DNA of 59,634 nt from positions 1 to 59,634 of IMG/VR virus record IMGVR_UViG_3300005326_000008; one strand, given 5' to 3'. The notes under the pieces were generated by a model, which was not told the DNA's origin, did not search any database, and worked only from the letters and a program-made list of their open reading frames with translations. This document shows, in pieces, positions 35,285 to 44,933 of this stretch. This DNA comes from a virus (Duplodnaviria; Caudoviricetes). Position numbers and translations under genes: made by a program. The number at the start of each line of letters is the position of its first letter. Position 1 is the first letter of the stretch.

Positions 35285-35405
35285 CCTCGTTTTTTTATTT
35301 GGAGATTTACAAGGTGTTTCGGTTTTGTTGGGTTGACCTCTAGCCGCCAGCCCATCCGATATCTTCGCTGTGTTGAAGACTGCAGACACCTCCACTCCGA
35401 GGGTT
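35285..35405 (-). promoter_or_regulatory. GC-rich structured 5' leader
   Basis: TATA at 35421-35428; nested stems CCTCG/CGAGG, TGGAG/CTCCA, GGTGT/ACACC, TCTTC/GAAGA, TCGG/CCGA. Confidence 0.55.
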
Positions 35406-35498
35406 GTAAAACATTACTAGTTTAAATACCTTTGCCTTTTTCTGGTTAGGATTGGTTATTCTGGGATACAAAAATTAATTAATCAGACAGTACTCAGA

Positions 35499-35864
35499 AT
35501 GAGGATGAGATACTATTCCAAGGTCACAAAGAAACAAGCGTTCAGAGTGTGGAATAATTGGAAGAGGCATCATCGGAATGAATATATCTTTCTTAAGACA
35601 GAATGTTCCGAATGCAAAAGCAGGGATAACTTGGATATACACCATAAAGATTATAACAAACTTAACAATGCTAAAGAGAACTTGGTTTGTCTTTGTTCAA
35701 AATGTCACAATAATATCCATATTCAAGCACAAGTTAGGTATGTCCCAGAACCAAAGATTATAGAACCGGAAGAAGAACCAGATACTTATTTTAATAGATG
35801 GGTTAAAAGGAGAAGGGAAAGGTTAGCAGCCGAAGCTACCAATGATAGCCGCACCGGCGACTGA
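35499..35864 (+). CDS. HNH endonuclease
   Basis: CSEC..LDIHHKD..N..ENLVCLCSKCHNNIH. Confidence 0.9.
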   Translation: MRMRYYSKVTKKQAFRVWNNWKRHHRNEYIFLKTECSECKSRDNLDIHHKDYNKLNNAKENLVCLCSKCHNNIHIQAQVRYVPEPKIIEPEEEPDTYFNRWVKRRRERLAAEATNDSRTGD

Positions 35865-36532
35865 GGTGCTCCGCGTCGCGCGCGGTATACAATAAGAAAG
35901 GTTATAGAACAAAGAGAGACTATAAGCAAACAGGCGTTATACTTATAGATAGAAACAAAAAGGCAAACGCGTTTAAGACCTCTCGGCCACATTCAGCTAT
36001 TTACATAAAATGAATAACAAAATGAATAAAGGGTTCCTCAAAGCGTGCGCCGGCCACAGGTACGTGACTTACCCTCTCCCTCCTTTTTTCCTCGTTAAAA
36101 AAGAATGCTTTTTTATCAACTAATTGGTTGATTTTTGTTCAACTGATTGGTTGTATTTGTTTATTTTTTATTATGTTCTACACTATATACAAATATGCTA
36201 ATTCCTGCTTATAATGGTGTTATAAGCTCTAAAAACGTATATACAACACAACAAACCCAGCTTATTGTATCCTTACTAATTTTATGCTTATAATCTGTAA
36301 AAAGTTACAACCAAATGGTTTAAAAAATATAAACTATATAGTAGAAAATAGCAAGGAAAAGATATATAAATAAGAATACCAATAAGATTATACATAAGAT
36401 AACTAACAAAAAGAAAGAGGTTAAGGATATGAACACACAACAAAAAAACAAGGATAGAAACTTAATAAGTCTTTCCATTATAAGAGACTTAACAAGTGAG
36501 GTATTACAGGCATTACCTACGGAGTGTAGAAG

Positions 36533-36685
36533 ATGAGACATTACAAGATAGCAATAGAGACACCGCACGGGATAGGGATAATTATTAATCCTATAACGAA
36601 GAAAGACTTAACATTTACAACACAAGAGGATATATTACTCTATATGGAGAATTCACTTATAGAATACGAGGTAATAAGGGTTTAA
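36533..36685 (+). CDS. Small hypothetical protein (50 aa)
   Basis: GGAG RBS; MRHYKIAIETPHG. Confidence 0.4.
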   Translation: MRHYKIAIETPHGIGIIINPITKKDLTFTTQEDILLYMENSLIEYEVIRV

Positions 36686-36871
36686 GATAAACCCTGCTCT
36701 TCAATCGCCAGAGAGGGCTTATACTCACAAAACGGGTTAAACACCCGTTTATTTATGAGATGATAGGTAAGGGTTAAAGTAGAGGTATAACACCGAAACG
36801 TATAATCAAGATATACAACGAAATAACCAAACCCGACAAGTCCCGAAGTACGTGTAGGGATTTCATATTAC
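36671..36871 (+). ncRNA. Candidate ~200-nt multi-stem RNA
   Basis: Closing stem GTAATA/TATTAC encloses at least five hairpins. Confidence 0.5.
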
Positions 36872-36886
36872 AATAAGATAAACAAC

Positions 36887-36908
36887 GAAAACCTTTAAGC
36901 TTAAAGGT
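36887..36908 (+). promoter_or_regulatory. BRE-TATA within a perfect 18-bp palindrome (early promoter/operator)
   Basis: GAAA followed by ACCTTTAAGCTTAAAGGT (36891-36908). Confidence 0.55.
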
Positions 36909-36937
36909 ATAAAAAAACAAACAGAAAAAGAATAAAG

Positions 36938-36970
36938 GGTTTAATTGAATTCCTTAAAAATTCAATAGGA
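36938..36970 (+). promoter_or_regulatory. RBS-adjacent hairpin motif, copy 1
   Basis: GGTTTA-ATTGAATT-CCTTAAA-AATTCAAT-AGGA. Confidence 0.75.
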
Positions 36971-36980
36971 AAAACAAAAA

Positions 36981-37475
36981 ATGAAAACCTATGAATTTAT
37001 AGAATTGGGTTTTATGCCAAACCCTGAAATAGATTTTGTAAAATCTCAAAAAATAGTAGTTAAAGAGATTAAAAATAAACAAATTGCTGAAAGTTTAAAA
37101 AACACTTTAAATATTTTAGGGTTAAAGTTTAAAAAATTAAGTATTTACAACCCCAACACATATAATTATTCTACTGACAGCATAGATTTAACTATCTATA
37201 ATAGTATAAATAAACAAAAACTTAAAAAAGCTATTTTAAAGTATTCAGAAGAGATAAATAAAGAACTTCAAAAAAACAAAAGTTATGATGGTTATATAGC
37301 TTTAAGCCCTAAAAATATAAATGAAGAATTGGAAAACTTAAACACTAAAAAAGGATATAGTGTTAATTGTTTAGTTTTATTTGCTTTAATAAATTGTTTA
37401 AATCCAAATATTATACAGCAAATAAAAGATATAATAACCGATAGTATTAGAGAATATGAAAGCGAGGAACTTTAA
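36981..37475 (+). CDS. Early hypothetical protein
   Basis: P..YNYSTDSI and SYDGY motifs; RBS motif upstream. Confidence 0.7.
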   Translation: MKTYEFIELGFMPNPEIDFVKSQKIVVKEIKNKQIAESLKNTLNILGLKFKKLSIYNPNTYNYSTDSIDLTIYNSINKQKLKKAILKYSEEINKELQKNKSYDGYIALSPKNINEELENLNTKKGYSVNCLVLFALINCLNPNIIQQIKDIITDSIREYESEEL

Positions 37476-37636
37476 AAAATGAAAACATTCCAAATAAGTT
37501 TTATTTTTAGTGAGGTAGTCAGAGAAATAGAGGCAAACACAGAAGAAGAGGTTATAATTAAAGCCGAACAACTTCTCCATAATGAAGAAGACAGCTTAAA
37601 AAAAGAAACGGGTGTTTATAATATTGAGGTGTTAAA

Positions 37637-37843
37637 ATGATAACAAACACAGAAATAAACCTTAAAGGCGAGAACTACATTTTTACTATTGATTACTCTT
37701 TAAGAGAGTTAAGGATAGTAAATATAAAAAATCAAGAAATAAAGTTTATACCTTTAAGTAATGATGATTTAGATGGATTAGAATATTTAAAGGCGAATGA
37801 TGAAGACACCTTTAAAGAATGTCTTCAAGATTATGATTATTAA
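37637..37843 (+). CDS. Early hypothetical protein
   Basis: GAGGTG RBS. Confidence 0.6.
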   Translation: MITNTEINLKGENYIFTIDYSLRELRIVNIKNQEIKFIPLSNDDLDGLEYLKANDEDTFKECLQDYDY

Positions 37844-37844
37844 T

Positions 37845-37878
37845 GGTTAATTGGGTTTTCCTTTAAAACCCAATAGGA
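37845..37878 (+). promoter_or_regulatory. RBS-adjacent hairpin motif, copy 2
   Basis: GGTTA-ATTGGGTTTT-CCTTT-AAAACCCAAT-AGGA. Confidence 0.75.
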
Positions 37879-37888
37879 ACAAAACAAA

Positions 37889-38416
37889 ATGGAAACAAAC
37901 ACAAAAGAAAGGATTAAAAGGTTTTGTGATAGTGCTTTAATCACAAAAGAAAGAGAAGACAAAACCAAATTTAAAGTATTTAATGAAGACACAGAGTTTA
38001 AACCTTATTGGGAGAGAATAGAAAATATCCTTTATAGTAGAGGTTTTGAGATTGAAGATTTTTATTATAGAGTTCTTGATGATGCTTTAAGTAATATCGG
38101 TTATTATCTTCAAAGTAACGAAGGGGATTTAGAAAATTTTGAAGTTTTGGAATACGCAGAGGCAGATATTTACAACGGCGATTTATTGGCGTGGTTGTCG
38201 GAAGATTTAGGAAATTCTGATTATGTAGAAGATGTTTTAAACGAAATTGGCGATTTCAATAAATCTAAATTAAGCTTTTTTGAACTTCTCCAACACGCAC
38301 AGACAAGGCACAAAGAAGAAATTTATTATATAGCGTTGGAAGTAGTAAAAGACTTAATAGAAACTTTTGAAACAGAAGAAGAAGACAGAAACACAGAGGA
38401 AGAGGTTACAAAATGA
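37889..38416 (+). CDS. Highly acidic early protein, possible Ocr-like DNA mimic
   Basis: Strong Asp/Glu excess, helical; ADIYNGDLLAWL segment; early location. Confidence 0.45.
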   Translation: METNTKERIKRFCDSALITKEREDKTKFKVFNEDTEFKPYWERIENILYSRGFEIEDFYYRVLDDALSNIGYYLQSNEGDLENFEVLEYAEADIYNGDLLAWLSEDLGNSDYVEDVLNEIGDFNKSKLSFFELLQHAQTRHKEEIYYIALEVVKDLIETFETEEEDRNTEEEVTK

Positions 38417-38530
38417 AAACTAAAAAAAGAACTCTGTGTTTAAGTTGTAAAACTAAATACGACAAAGAAAGATTTTTGTTTGATTATTGCCCTATTTGTA
38501 AAGGAAAAAATCTCAAAGAGGTTGTTTAAA

Positions 38531-38725
38531 ATGCAGACTAAAAAGGATTTTAAAAATATAGGAACTATCCTAAAAGACACAAGAGCCAACGAAGACATAA
38601 TTAAAGCGTTTATCTCTTATTTTAAACGGGAGAATGGAAACTTTAACGGAAAGAGATTTTTAAAGTTGGTTGGAAGAGAGGATTTAATCTCTTCTTCTGA
38701 AAAGGTTAATGAGGAATACCTTTAA
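38531..38725 (+). CDS. Early hypothetical protein
   Basis: GAGGT RBS; MQTKKDF..ENGNFNGKRF. Confidence 0.55.
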   Translation: MQTKKDFKNIGTILKDTRANEDIIKAFISYFKRENGNFNGKRFLKLVGREDLISSSEKVNEEYL

Positions 38726-38737
38726 AACCTCATAGGA
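38704..38737 (+). promoter_or_regulatory. RBS-adjacent hairpin motif, copy 3
   Basis: GGTTA-ATGAGG-AATACCTTTAAAA-CCTCAT-AGGA. Confidence 0.75.
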
Positions 38738-38747
38738 TAAGAACAAA

Positions 38748-39548
38748 ATGCAAGAAAAAACAATAGTTAGGGAAGAAAAGGTTTATACCTTTAATCAAGA
38801 AGAAAAGGAAGAGATTTTAAGGCGAATTGTAACTAAAAGGCAGAGTGATTTAAGCTATTATTGGGATTATAACGATAGATTAAGCGAAGAACAAGTTTTA
38901 AAGTATATTAAAGGCGAATTAGAAGATATTGATATTATTGAAACAGACTACGAAATGAAAATTATTGAAGATATTCTTCAAGAAGAATTAACAGCAGAAG
39001 AAAAGACAGATAACGAACTACAATATTATTTGTGTGATGAAATGAGAATTCTTTTTGATATGAATTTTCAAGGATTATTAAATAATAGTAGAATAAGATT
39101 GAGGATAGAACTTAAATCAAATGAAGATATGATAACTATTTCTCAATATAAGTATTCTGAATGTTATAAAGAACTTAAAAAGTTGCTGAAAGGGAATATC
39201 AAACTGAAAGAATTGAAAAACGAATTATTAAATATGATGGGTAGTGAATACGGAGAATTTGTATTCTTCTGGGAAGTTAGAGGGAGTGAGATAGAAACTT
39301 TAAGAAACGAATATGAGAAAGGATATATCACTATTCCTAAAAATTGCGGTTGTGGAATATTTAATTTTTGGGTTGGTGCGGGAAGTCTCATAGATTTGAG
39401 AACAAGAGCAGAGATTAAACTTAACCTAAAAGATTGGAGTAACAGCGATAAAAAGTATTTCTCTGTTGCTGTGAAAGGAGATAAATTAAGCAAATATGGA
39501 ATTCAAGAAACCTACAACTTAACTTATGAATGTTGGAGAGTGAATTAA
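38748..39548 (+). CDS. Early hypothetical protein
   Basis: 266 aa; YWDYND and CGIFNFWVGAGS motifs. Confidence 0.7.
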   Translation: MQEKTIVREEKVYTFNQEEKEEILRRIVTKRQSDLSYYWDYNDRLSEEQVLKYIKGELEDIDIIETDYEMKIIEDILQEELTAEEKTDNELQYYLCDEMRILFDMNFQGLLNNSRIRLRIELKSNEDMITISQYKYSECYKELKKLLKGNIKLKELKNELLNMMGSEYGEFVFFWEVRGSEIETLRNEYEKGYITIPKNCGCGIFNFWVGAGSLIDLRTRAEIKLNLKDWSNSDKKYFSVAVKGDKLSKYGIQETYNLTYECWRVN

Positions 39549-39891
39549 GATGAATAAAGAATATTGGGTTTTAAGGCATAGTTGGAACAGAAAGACAGGT
39601 AGAAGAGATAAAACCGAGATTGTCTTTAAAGCGATTGACACTTCAATTAAAGAAGTTATGAAACAAGTTGAGAAACTGAAAACCGATAAGTGCGATTATA
39701 CTATCTGTAAAGCAGAGAGGTGGGTAAGTTGAAAGAAATAATCAAAATGGGAGTATATTCCAAAGAAACTAATGAGTTGGTTGATTTTGGAGAGTATAAT
39801 TCAGTTAAAGACGCAAGAAAAGATTTCATTAATTGGGATAAACCAAGAGGAAGATATGCAGTTTTAGATAACGGGACAAGGTGGGACTAAA

Positions 39892-40197
39892 ATGAGCAGT
39901 TGCACGATTGGAGTTGTGAAAGATAACAGGTTTTACCTTGTTATTGAACATTACTCATATTTAAAGGCGATTTTTAATGATGAGCAGAGTTACATCAAAG
40001 AAAGTAACCCGCAAAATGTTAGAGGTTGTCTCAATAGTTACCCTTATGAGAGTAACACCAGTGACACAGGGTTTATTCCAGCAGTAATAATCAATTTTGA
40101 TGATAAGGTTGTAATAGACACCGATTATAATTGGTTTATTGGAATGGAAGAACTGACACCGAAAGGGTGGAAATACCAACACAAAGGAGTAAGGTAA
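39892..40197 (+). CDS. Early hypothetical protein
   Basis: Packed ORF with RBS. Confidence 0.55.
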   Translation: MSSCTIGVVKDNRFYLVIEHYSYLKAIFNDEQSYIKESNPQNVRGCLNSYPYESNTSDTGFIPAVIINFDDKVVIDTDYNWFIGMEELTPKGWKYQHKGVR

Positions 40198-40413
40198 ATG
40201 AAACTACAAACTAAAAAGCATTTAATCAAAGCACTTGACAAAGTTGTAGAACTTAAACTTGCACAGGTAACAGAAATCAAACTTGTTATCTTTCTGTTGA
40301 AGAATGATAGTAGTTTAAGCATTAAGGAAATGAGAGAAATTACAAGAAAACTTATCATCAAACTTGGTTATGAAGAACTAATTTTAAGGGGAGATAACGG
40401 AACTTGGGAATGA
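40198..40413 (+). CDS. Early hypothetical protein
   Basis: Abuts the previous gene; GGAG/AGGT RBS. Confidence 0.5.
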   Translation: MKLQTKKHLIKALDKVVELKLAQVTEIKLVIFLLKNDSSLSIKEMREITRKLIIKLGYEELILRGDNGTWE

Positions 40414-40796
40414 ACACAGAAGACAAACACAGGGAGTTCTTTAACGAACGAAAACGAATGTTAAAGGCGTATAACTCGCTCATCTTGGAGAGGGTTAAAA
40501 CTAACAAAAAGATAAGAATGATACAAGAGGATTTAGAAAACCTTGACAAAGTATTATTCTTGGGAGACTAAACAAATGCAAACATTAAAGGCACAAGATT
40601 TAACCCGACTTTTTGCAAATAAGACAGGTTGTAATTGTCAAGAGTTAGGTTGCCCGTGTAATACTTGTTTTCATAGTATTGAACACGTGGATTTTAGACA
40701 TATCTGTTGGTTAATCGTGTTAGGATTGAGAGGCGATTATGATAGAAAAGAAATTATACCAGCAATTGAAGAAGAATTACGTTGTAGGAGACTATA

Positions 40797-41348
40797 ATGG
40801 GACTTGATATGTATTTATATGGAAAAAGGTATTTATGGAAATACCCAGAAGAACACCCAGATAACAAGATATCTAACGATATCCAACAGATGTTTCCAGA
40901 GATTAAAGGCACAGATAAGAGAGTGCAGTATGTAGAGATTGCAGTCGGAGATTGGAGAAAAGCGAATGCTATTCACAAATGGTTTGTGGATAATGTGCAA
41001 GAGGGTAACGATAATTGTCGGGACTACGGAGTAAGCCGAGAAGATTTGCAAAAGCTTTTAGAACTCTGTAAAAAAGTTGTGAAGATTGCAAAAACCAAAG
41101 AGGGTAAGGTTGCAAATGGATACACTATCGGTAAGAAAGGAGAGAAAGTCTATCAATATGAGAAAGGATTGACTATAACCAATAAAAAAGCTGTTGCTAA
41201 ATTGTTACCGACACAGGAAGGTTTCTTCTTCGGGAATACAGACTACGATAGGTATTACCTTGAAAATGTGAAGAACACCATATCTATCATAGAAGAATGC
41301 TTGAAGTTACCAGATGAATGGGATTTTGAGTATGGGAGTAGTTGGTAA
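40797..41348 (+). CDS. Conserved phage early protein
   Basis: MGLDMYL..WRKANAIHKWFV..LPTQEGFFFG..Y.SSW. Confidence 0.75.
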   Translation: MGLDMYLYGKRYLWKYPEEHPDNKISNDIQQMFPEIKGTDKRVQYVEIAVGDWRKANAIHKWFVDNVQEGNDNCRDYGVSREDLQKLLELCKKVVKIAKTKEGKVANGYTIGKKGEKVYQYEKGLTITNKKAVAKLLPTQEGFFFGNTDYDRYYLENVKNTISIIEECLKLPDEWDFEYGSSW

Positions 41349-41349
41349 A

Positions 41350-41724
41350 ATGGGGTATTACAGCAGTATGAGTGGAGACTTGAAGATTAAAAAAGATAAA
41401 ATCCAAGAGTTCAAAGACGCAGTATTAAAACTCCAACAGGATACCAAACAGGAGACACCCAAACAAGATTTCGTTTGGTTTTTCTTCGGTGAAGAGAACG
41501 ATAGCGAATGGAATGTTGATGAGAATGGTTGGCTTGAATGGGAAGACTACTATCAAAAATGGTATGAGAGTGATGATTTTGCAAAGTTCATCAAAGAATA
41601 TGTTGAAGAATGTGAAGTTCATTTCGTTGGAGAAGACGGAGAACGTTGGGGTTACACTTTTGACGGCAAAGGTAAATGTTGGTTGAAAGAATACAAAGAA
41701 GAAAGAGGAGAGGAGATAAAATGA
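41350..41724 (+). CDS. Acidic early hypothetical protein
   Basis: MGYYS...KWY...GEDGERW. Confidence 0.65.
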   Translation: MGYYSSMSGDLKIKKDKIQEFKDAVLKLQQDTKQETPKQDFVWFFFGEENDSEWNVDENGWLEWEDYYQKWYESDDFAKFIKEYVEECEVHFVGEDGERWGYTFDGKGKCWLKEYKEERGEEIK

Positions 41725-42014
41725 GTGTCTATTGCTTCGCAGAATGCCTTGTAGAATGTGAGAGTAAAGAAGATTTAGATAAGATTAAGACTAATATCTT
41801 TACTGAAACATTCATCAAAGAAACAGACATAACCGAGTTGTATAGCTCGGATAACGAAATCCATTTCAAAGTTACAGGTAACCACTACATAGACTTTTCT
41901 TTTTTTGATGATTTGAAAAAGTTTGTGAAAGAGAATAATATCAAAATAACGATTAATTGTGGTGAATATGTTGAAAGCGACGGATACTATTGGGATAATG
42001 AGGTGGAAGAATGA
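41721..42014 (+). CDS. Acidic early hypothetical protein
   Basis: GGAG RBS; ATGA overlap with the previous gene. Confidence 0.6.
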   Translation: MSVYCFAECLVECESKEDLDKIKTNIFTETFIKETDITELYSSDNEIHFKVTGNHYIDFSFFDDLKKFVKENNIKITINCGEYVESDGYYWDNEVEE

Positions 42015-42223
42015 GAACACCAGACATAAATTGGAAAGAAGAGGCAGAAGTGATTAACTCTTATTCAGATTTCCAAATACAAGAAACAAAAGAGGGAGTA
42101 TTAGATTATTTGGAGTTTATCATATCTGTTAATGGAACTGAATATCTTTTCACCAACGAAAAAGAACTGCTGAAAAAGACGGGGTTAGATAAGGAATGGG
42201 AGATAGAAGATGATATCTGTTAA
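42011..42223 (+). CDS. Acidic early hypothetical protein
   Basis: GAGGTG RBS; ATGA overlap. Confidence 0.55.
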   Translation: MRTPDINWKEEAEVINSYSDFQIQETKEGVLDYLEFIISVNGTEYLFTNEKELLKKTGLDKEWEIEDDIC

Positions 42224-42494
42224 TAAATTTAAAAAGTTAATAAACGACGCAACAAATAGCGAACTCTATGAATATCTCTCAATATTAACCAGAGAGATAG
42301 AGTTAAGCAACACCGCAATAAAAGAGGGTATGGAAGAACAAAAATGATAAACCTAAAACGAGAACAGATTGAAATACAAATTTATCACAACACAAGGATA
42401 GACGAAGATAGTATGAGAGAAGAGTTTGAGAATGATTTAAAGTATATACTTTCTCATCAAAAGAAGATTATAAAAGAATTTACAGGAGAATAGT

Positions 42495-42737
42495 ATGAAA
42501 GATTTCAATATTGATTGGAGTGCATTAATCGTAGAAATAGTAAAAAAGAAAGATTTAGATTGTGATGAGTTTAGAGACTGCTGGGAAGATGTGTTTGATT
42601 GGACAGAGTTAGATTTGTTCATCATCAAGAATTACAGAGACTTACTTATCAAATATGGAGAAGTTGAGGCAGAGAGAATAAATTTCAAGGGAGATTTAGA
42701 AAAAGATTTACAAATATATGAAGAGAACTTAAAATGA
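42495..42737 (+). CDS. Acidic early hypothetical protein
   Basis: GGAG RBS. Confidence 0.55.
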   Translation: MKDFNIDWSALIVEIVKKKDLDCDEFRDCWEDVFDWTELDLFIIKNYRDLLIKYGEVEAERINFKGDLEKDLQIYEENLK

Positions 42738-42931
42738 AACGATTGAATGTATATAAGATTATTACTAATGAAATTGAGTATTGGAATAGAGAATACTTAA
42801 TCGAGGCAGTAGATATTAAAGACGCAAAACGGAAGTTCAAGGCAGGAAAGATAACATCTGTTGCTGAACTCCAAAACAGACGAAAATTAACCTTCAAAGA
42901 AATAACTGATGAAGGTAGTTTAGGAGACTAA
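42734..42931 (+). CDS. Early hypothetical protein
   Basis: ATGA overlap; Y.IEA..KDAK pattern. Confidence 0.55.
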   Translation: MKRLNVYKIITNEIEYWNREYLIEAVDIKDAKRKFKAGKITSVAELQNRRKLTFKEITDEGSLGD

Positions 42932-43079
42932 AAAAATGGAAAAGAAAAGAAAAGGAACAATAGGATACAGATTAATTGCTTGGGGTATGATGATTTTAAG
43001 CTTTGGGTTGCTTATACCTGTTGGAGTAGTCGTATTAGAACTTGCAGATTTGATTGAACAACATAATTAGGAGGATAAA

Positions 43080-43307
43080 ATGGGAGACTATGTAGAAGAA
43101 GTGTTCGAGAACATAACAGAGTGTCCTTTCTGTAAAGGAAAGAAACTCAAATGTGCCGTAACAAGAAATGCTGAAATCTTCCACGCAGATTATAGTGATG
43201 AAGAAAGTCCTATCTTTTGGGGTGGAGGAGAAGATGAATATTCAAGTGAAGACTATCATTATTCCTGTGAAGAATGTGGAAAAGAGTTTTCACCAGAGGA
43301 GTATTAA
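43080..43307 (+). CDS. Acidic zinc-ribbon protein
   Basis: CPFC...CEEC; GGAGG RBS. Confidence 0.65.
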   Translation: MGDYVEEVFENITECPFCKGKKLKCAVTRNAEIFHADYSDEESPIFWGGGEDEYSSEDYHYSCEECGKEFSPEEY

Positions 43308-43308
43308 A

Positions 43309-43878
43309 ATGGCTAATTGGTGTAGCGGACAAGTAGAAGTCTCTGGGAGACCAGAAGATATAGAAAATTTTTGTAAGCATTTTTTGTTTTATAATGAGGG
43401 AGATGACAAAGAAGAGAATGAATACAAAGCGTTACAAGATAAATATTTTGCTCGGAGTTTTATGCATTGTAGGTGGGAAGATTTCAAAGAAATGTATGAA
43501 ATAGGCAAAGTAGATTGTGTCAGTTTTGGTGTAGAGTTTGCTTGGAGTGGGCATTCTTGTTTAGTAGGAGGATACCCACAAAACAACCCGACCGAGTTAA
43601 TAACTCTGTCAGAAGCTTGTAAGTTGCATAACGTTAAAGTTGAGATAGAAACCGAAGAAATAGGGTGTTGTTTTGAAGAAAAGATAACTTGCGATAAGCA
43701 AGGTAATATAAATGAAAAATGCTTTGATATGCCTACTTACAAATGTAAGAATTGTGGCTCTACTCAACATTTTCCAAGCAGTTATTCCCTAAAAGAACTT
43801 AATGAAGAGGAAGAATGTTGGGAATGTGAGAAAGAAACTGAATGGGAGTTAGTCAAAGAAGCTGTAAAAGAGGAATAA
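43309..43878 (+). CDS. DUF1281/YubB-like ferredoxin-fold protein with Zn ribbon
   Basis: MANWCSGQVEVSG, F.FAWS, EEIG; C-terminal CKNC/CWEC. Confidence 0.55.
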   Translation: MANWCSGQVEVSGRPEDIENFCKHFLFYNEGDDKEENEYKALQDKYFARSFMHCRWEDFKEMYEIGKVDCVSFGVEFAWSGHSCLVGGYPQNNPTELITLSEACKLHNVKVEIETEEIGCCFEEKITCDKQGNINEKCFDMPTYKCKNCGSTQHFPSSYSLKELNEEEECWECEKETEWELVKEAVKEE

Positions 43879-44123
43879 TGGAATTCAAGAATACTGAAAG
43901 ATGTGGTTGCTGTAAAGAAATAATCGTTGGGAAAGTCAAGACCAAAGGTAGTATGACTTACTGCGAAGATTGTTATAACTGCATATCACAGGAAAGTATT
44001 TAAGAAAGTATCATATTTACTTGGATAAAAACAAGTAAAAACTTGCATTTGGAGTGGTAGGGGTAGTTCAAAACCTCCCTGTGTTTTAACCTCTATCACT
44101 CCTCCTAATAAATTGGATAGAAG

Positions 44124-44933
44124 ATGAGAATAACAAAATATCAAGAGTTGGACAAGTTTGTGAAAATGTTTGCAGAGAAGAAAGCAAACTTAATCATAAT
44201 CAAAAGTAAAGCTGGATTAGGTAAGACTTCGAGTGTATTAAGAACTCTCAAAGGTGAAGATTTCTATTTTATTAACTCTCACGTTACACCATTACAATTC
44301 TATAAAGATATCTATACTAATATTGGAAGACCTATATTGATTGATGATGTAGATAACTTACTCACTTCAAAGATTTCAGTATCATTACTTAAACAAATCT
44401 GTGGGACAGAAGAAACAAAGACTATACAATATCATTCTACTTCACCTGCAAGTGCAGATGTGCCTATGAGTTTTACTACTAATTCGAATGTATTAATCTT
44501 ATGTAACGAGTTTGATGTGAAGAACGAAAACATTAGAGCATTAATCGATAGAGGGTTTTATGTGAGTTTTGAACCGAGTATTGAAGAAGTTCTAACCAAA
44601 ATGACTGAAATAACTAACAAATATCCTCACTTACAATTAGATGATAGAGTTAAAGTATTAAACTTTATCAAACGTAATGCAAAGTATGGAAAAGATATAT
44701 CACTTAGAACTTTAATCAAAGCATTTCAGATATTCGAATTTGACCAAGCTAATTGGAAACGGATTACATTAGAGTTAATGAACATAGACCAAAGAATGAT
44801 TGAGATTGTTGGATTAGTTGAACAATATGATAATGATAAGGTTAGGATACAACATTTCTCTGGAAGTAAAGCTACATACTATCGACTTAAAAAGGGGTTG
44901 AAGAATGGCGAACAACAAAAACGTAGTAGTTAA
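44124..44933 (+). CDS. AAA+ ATPase with C-terminal HTH-like tail
   Basis: Walker A AGLGKT, Walker B ILIDD, sensor LCN, Arg finger ALIDR; SKATYYR. Confidence 0.85.
   Translation: MRITKYQELDKFVKMFAEKKANLIIIKSKAGLGKTSSVLRTLKGEDFYFINSHVTPLQFYKDIYTNIGRPILIDDVDNLLTSKISVSLLKQICGTEETKTIQYHSTSPASADVPMSFTTNSNVLILCNEFDVKNENIRALIDRGFYVSFEPSIEEVLTKMTEITNKYPHLQLDDRVKVLNFIKRNAKYGKDISLRTLIKAFQIFEFDQANWKRITLELMNIDQRMIEIVGLVEQYDNDKVRIQHFSGSKATYYRLKKGLKNGEQQKRSS

Noticed and set aside
35300-35395. Type III hammerhead ribozyme (GGUGUC...GAAACACC)
   Set aside because: The CUGANGA core is missing.
36320-36568. 82-aa hydrophobic minus-strand ORF
   Set aside because: Product of A-rich plus-strand bias; no RBS, and it overlaps short plus-strand ORFs that have one.
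36938-38737. Twister ribozyme or preQ1 riboswitch identity for the repeated hairpin
   Set aside because: It lacks the twister second pseudoknot and P1/P2 frame, and the preQ1 loop consensus; kept as unclassified.
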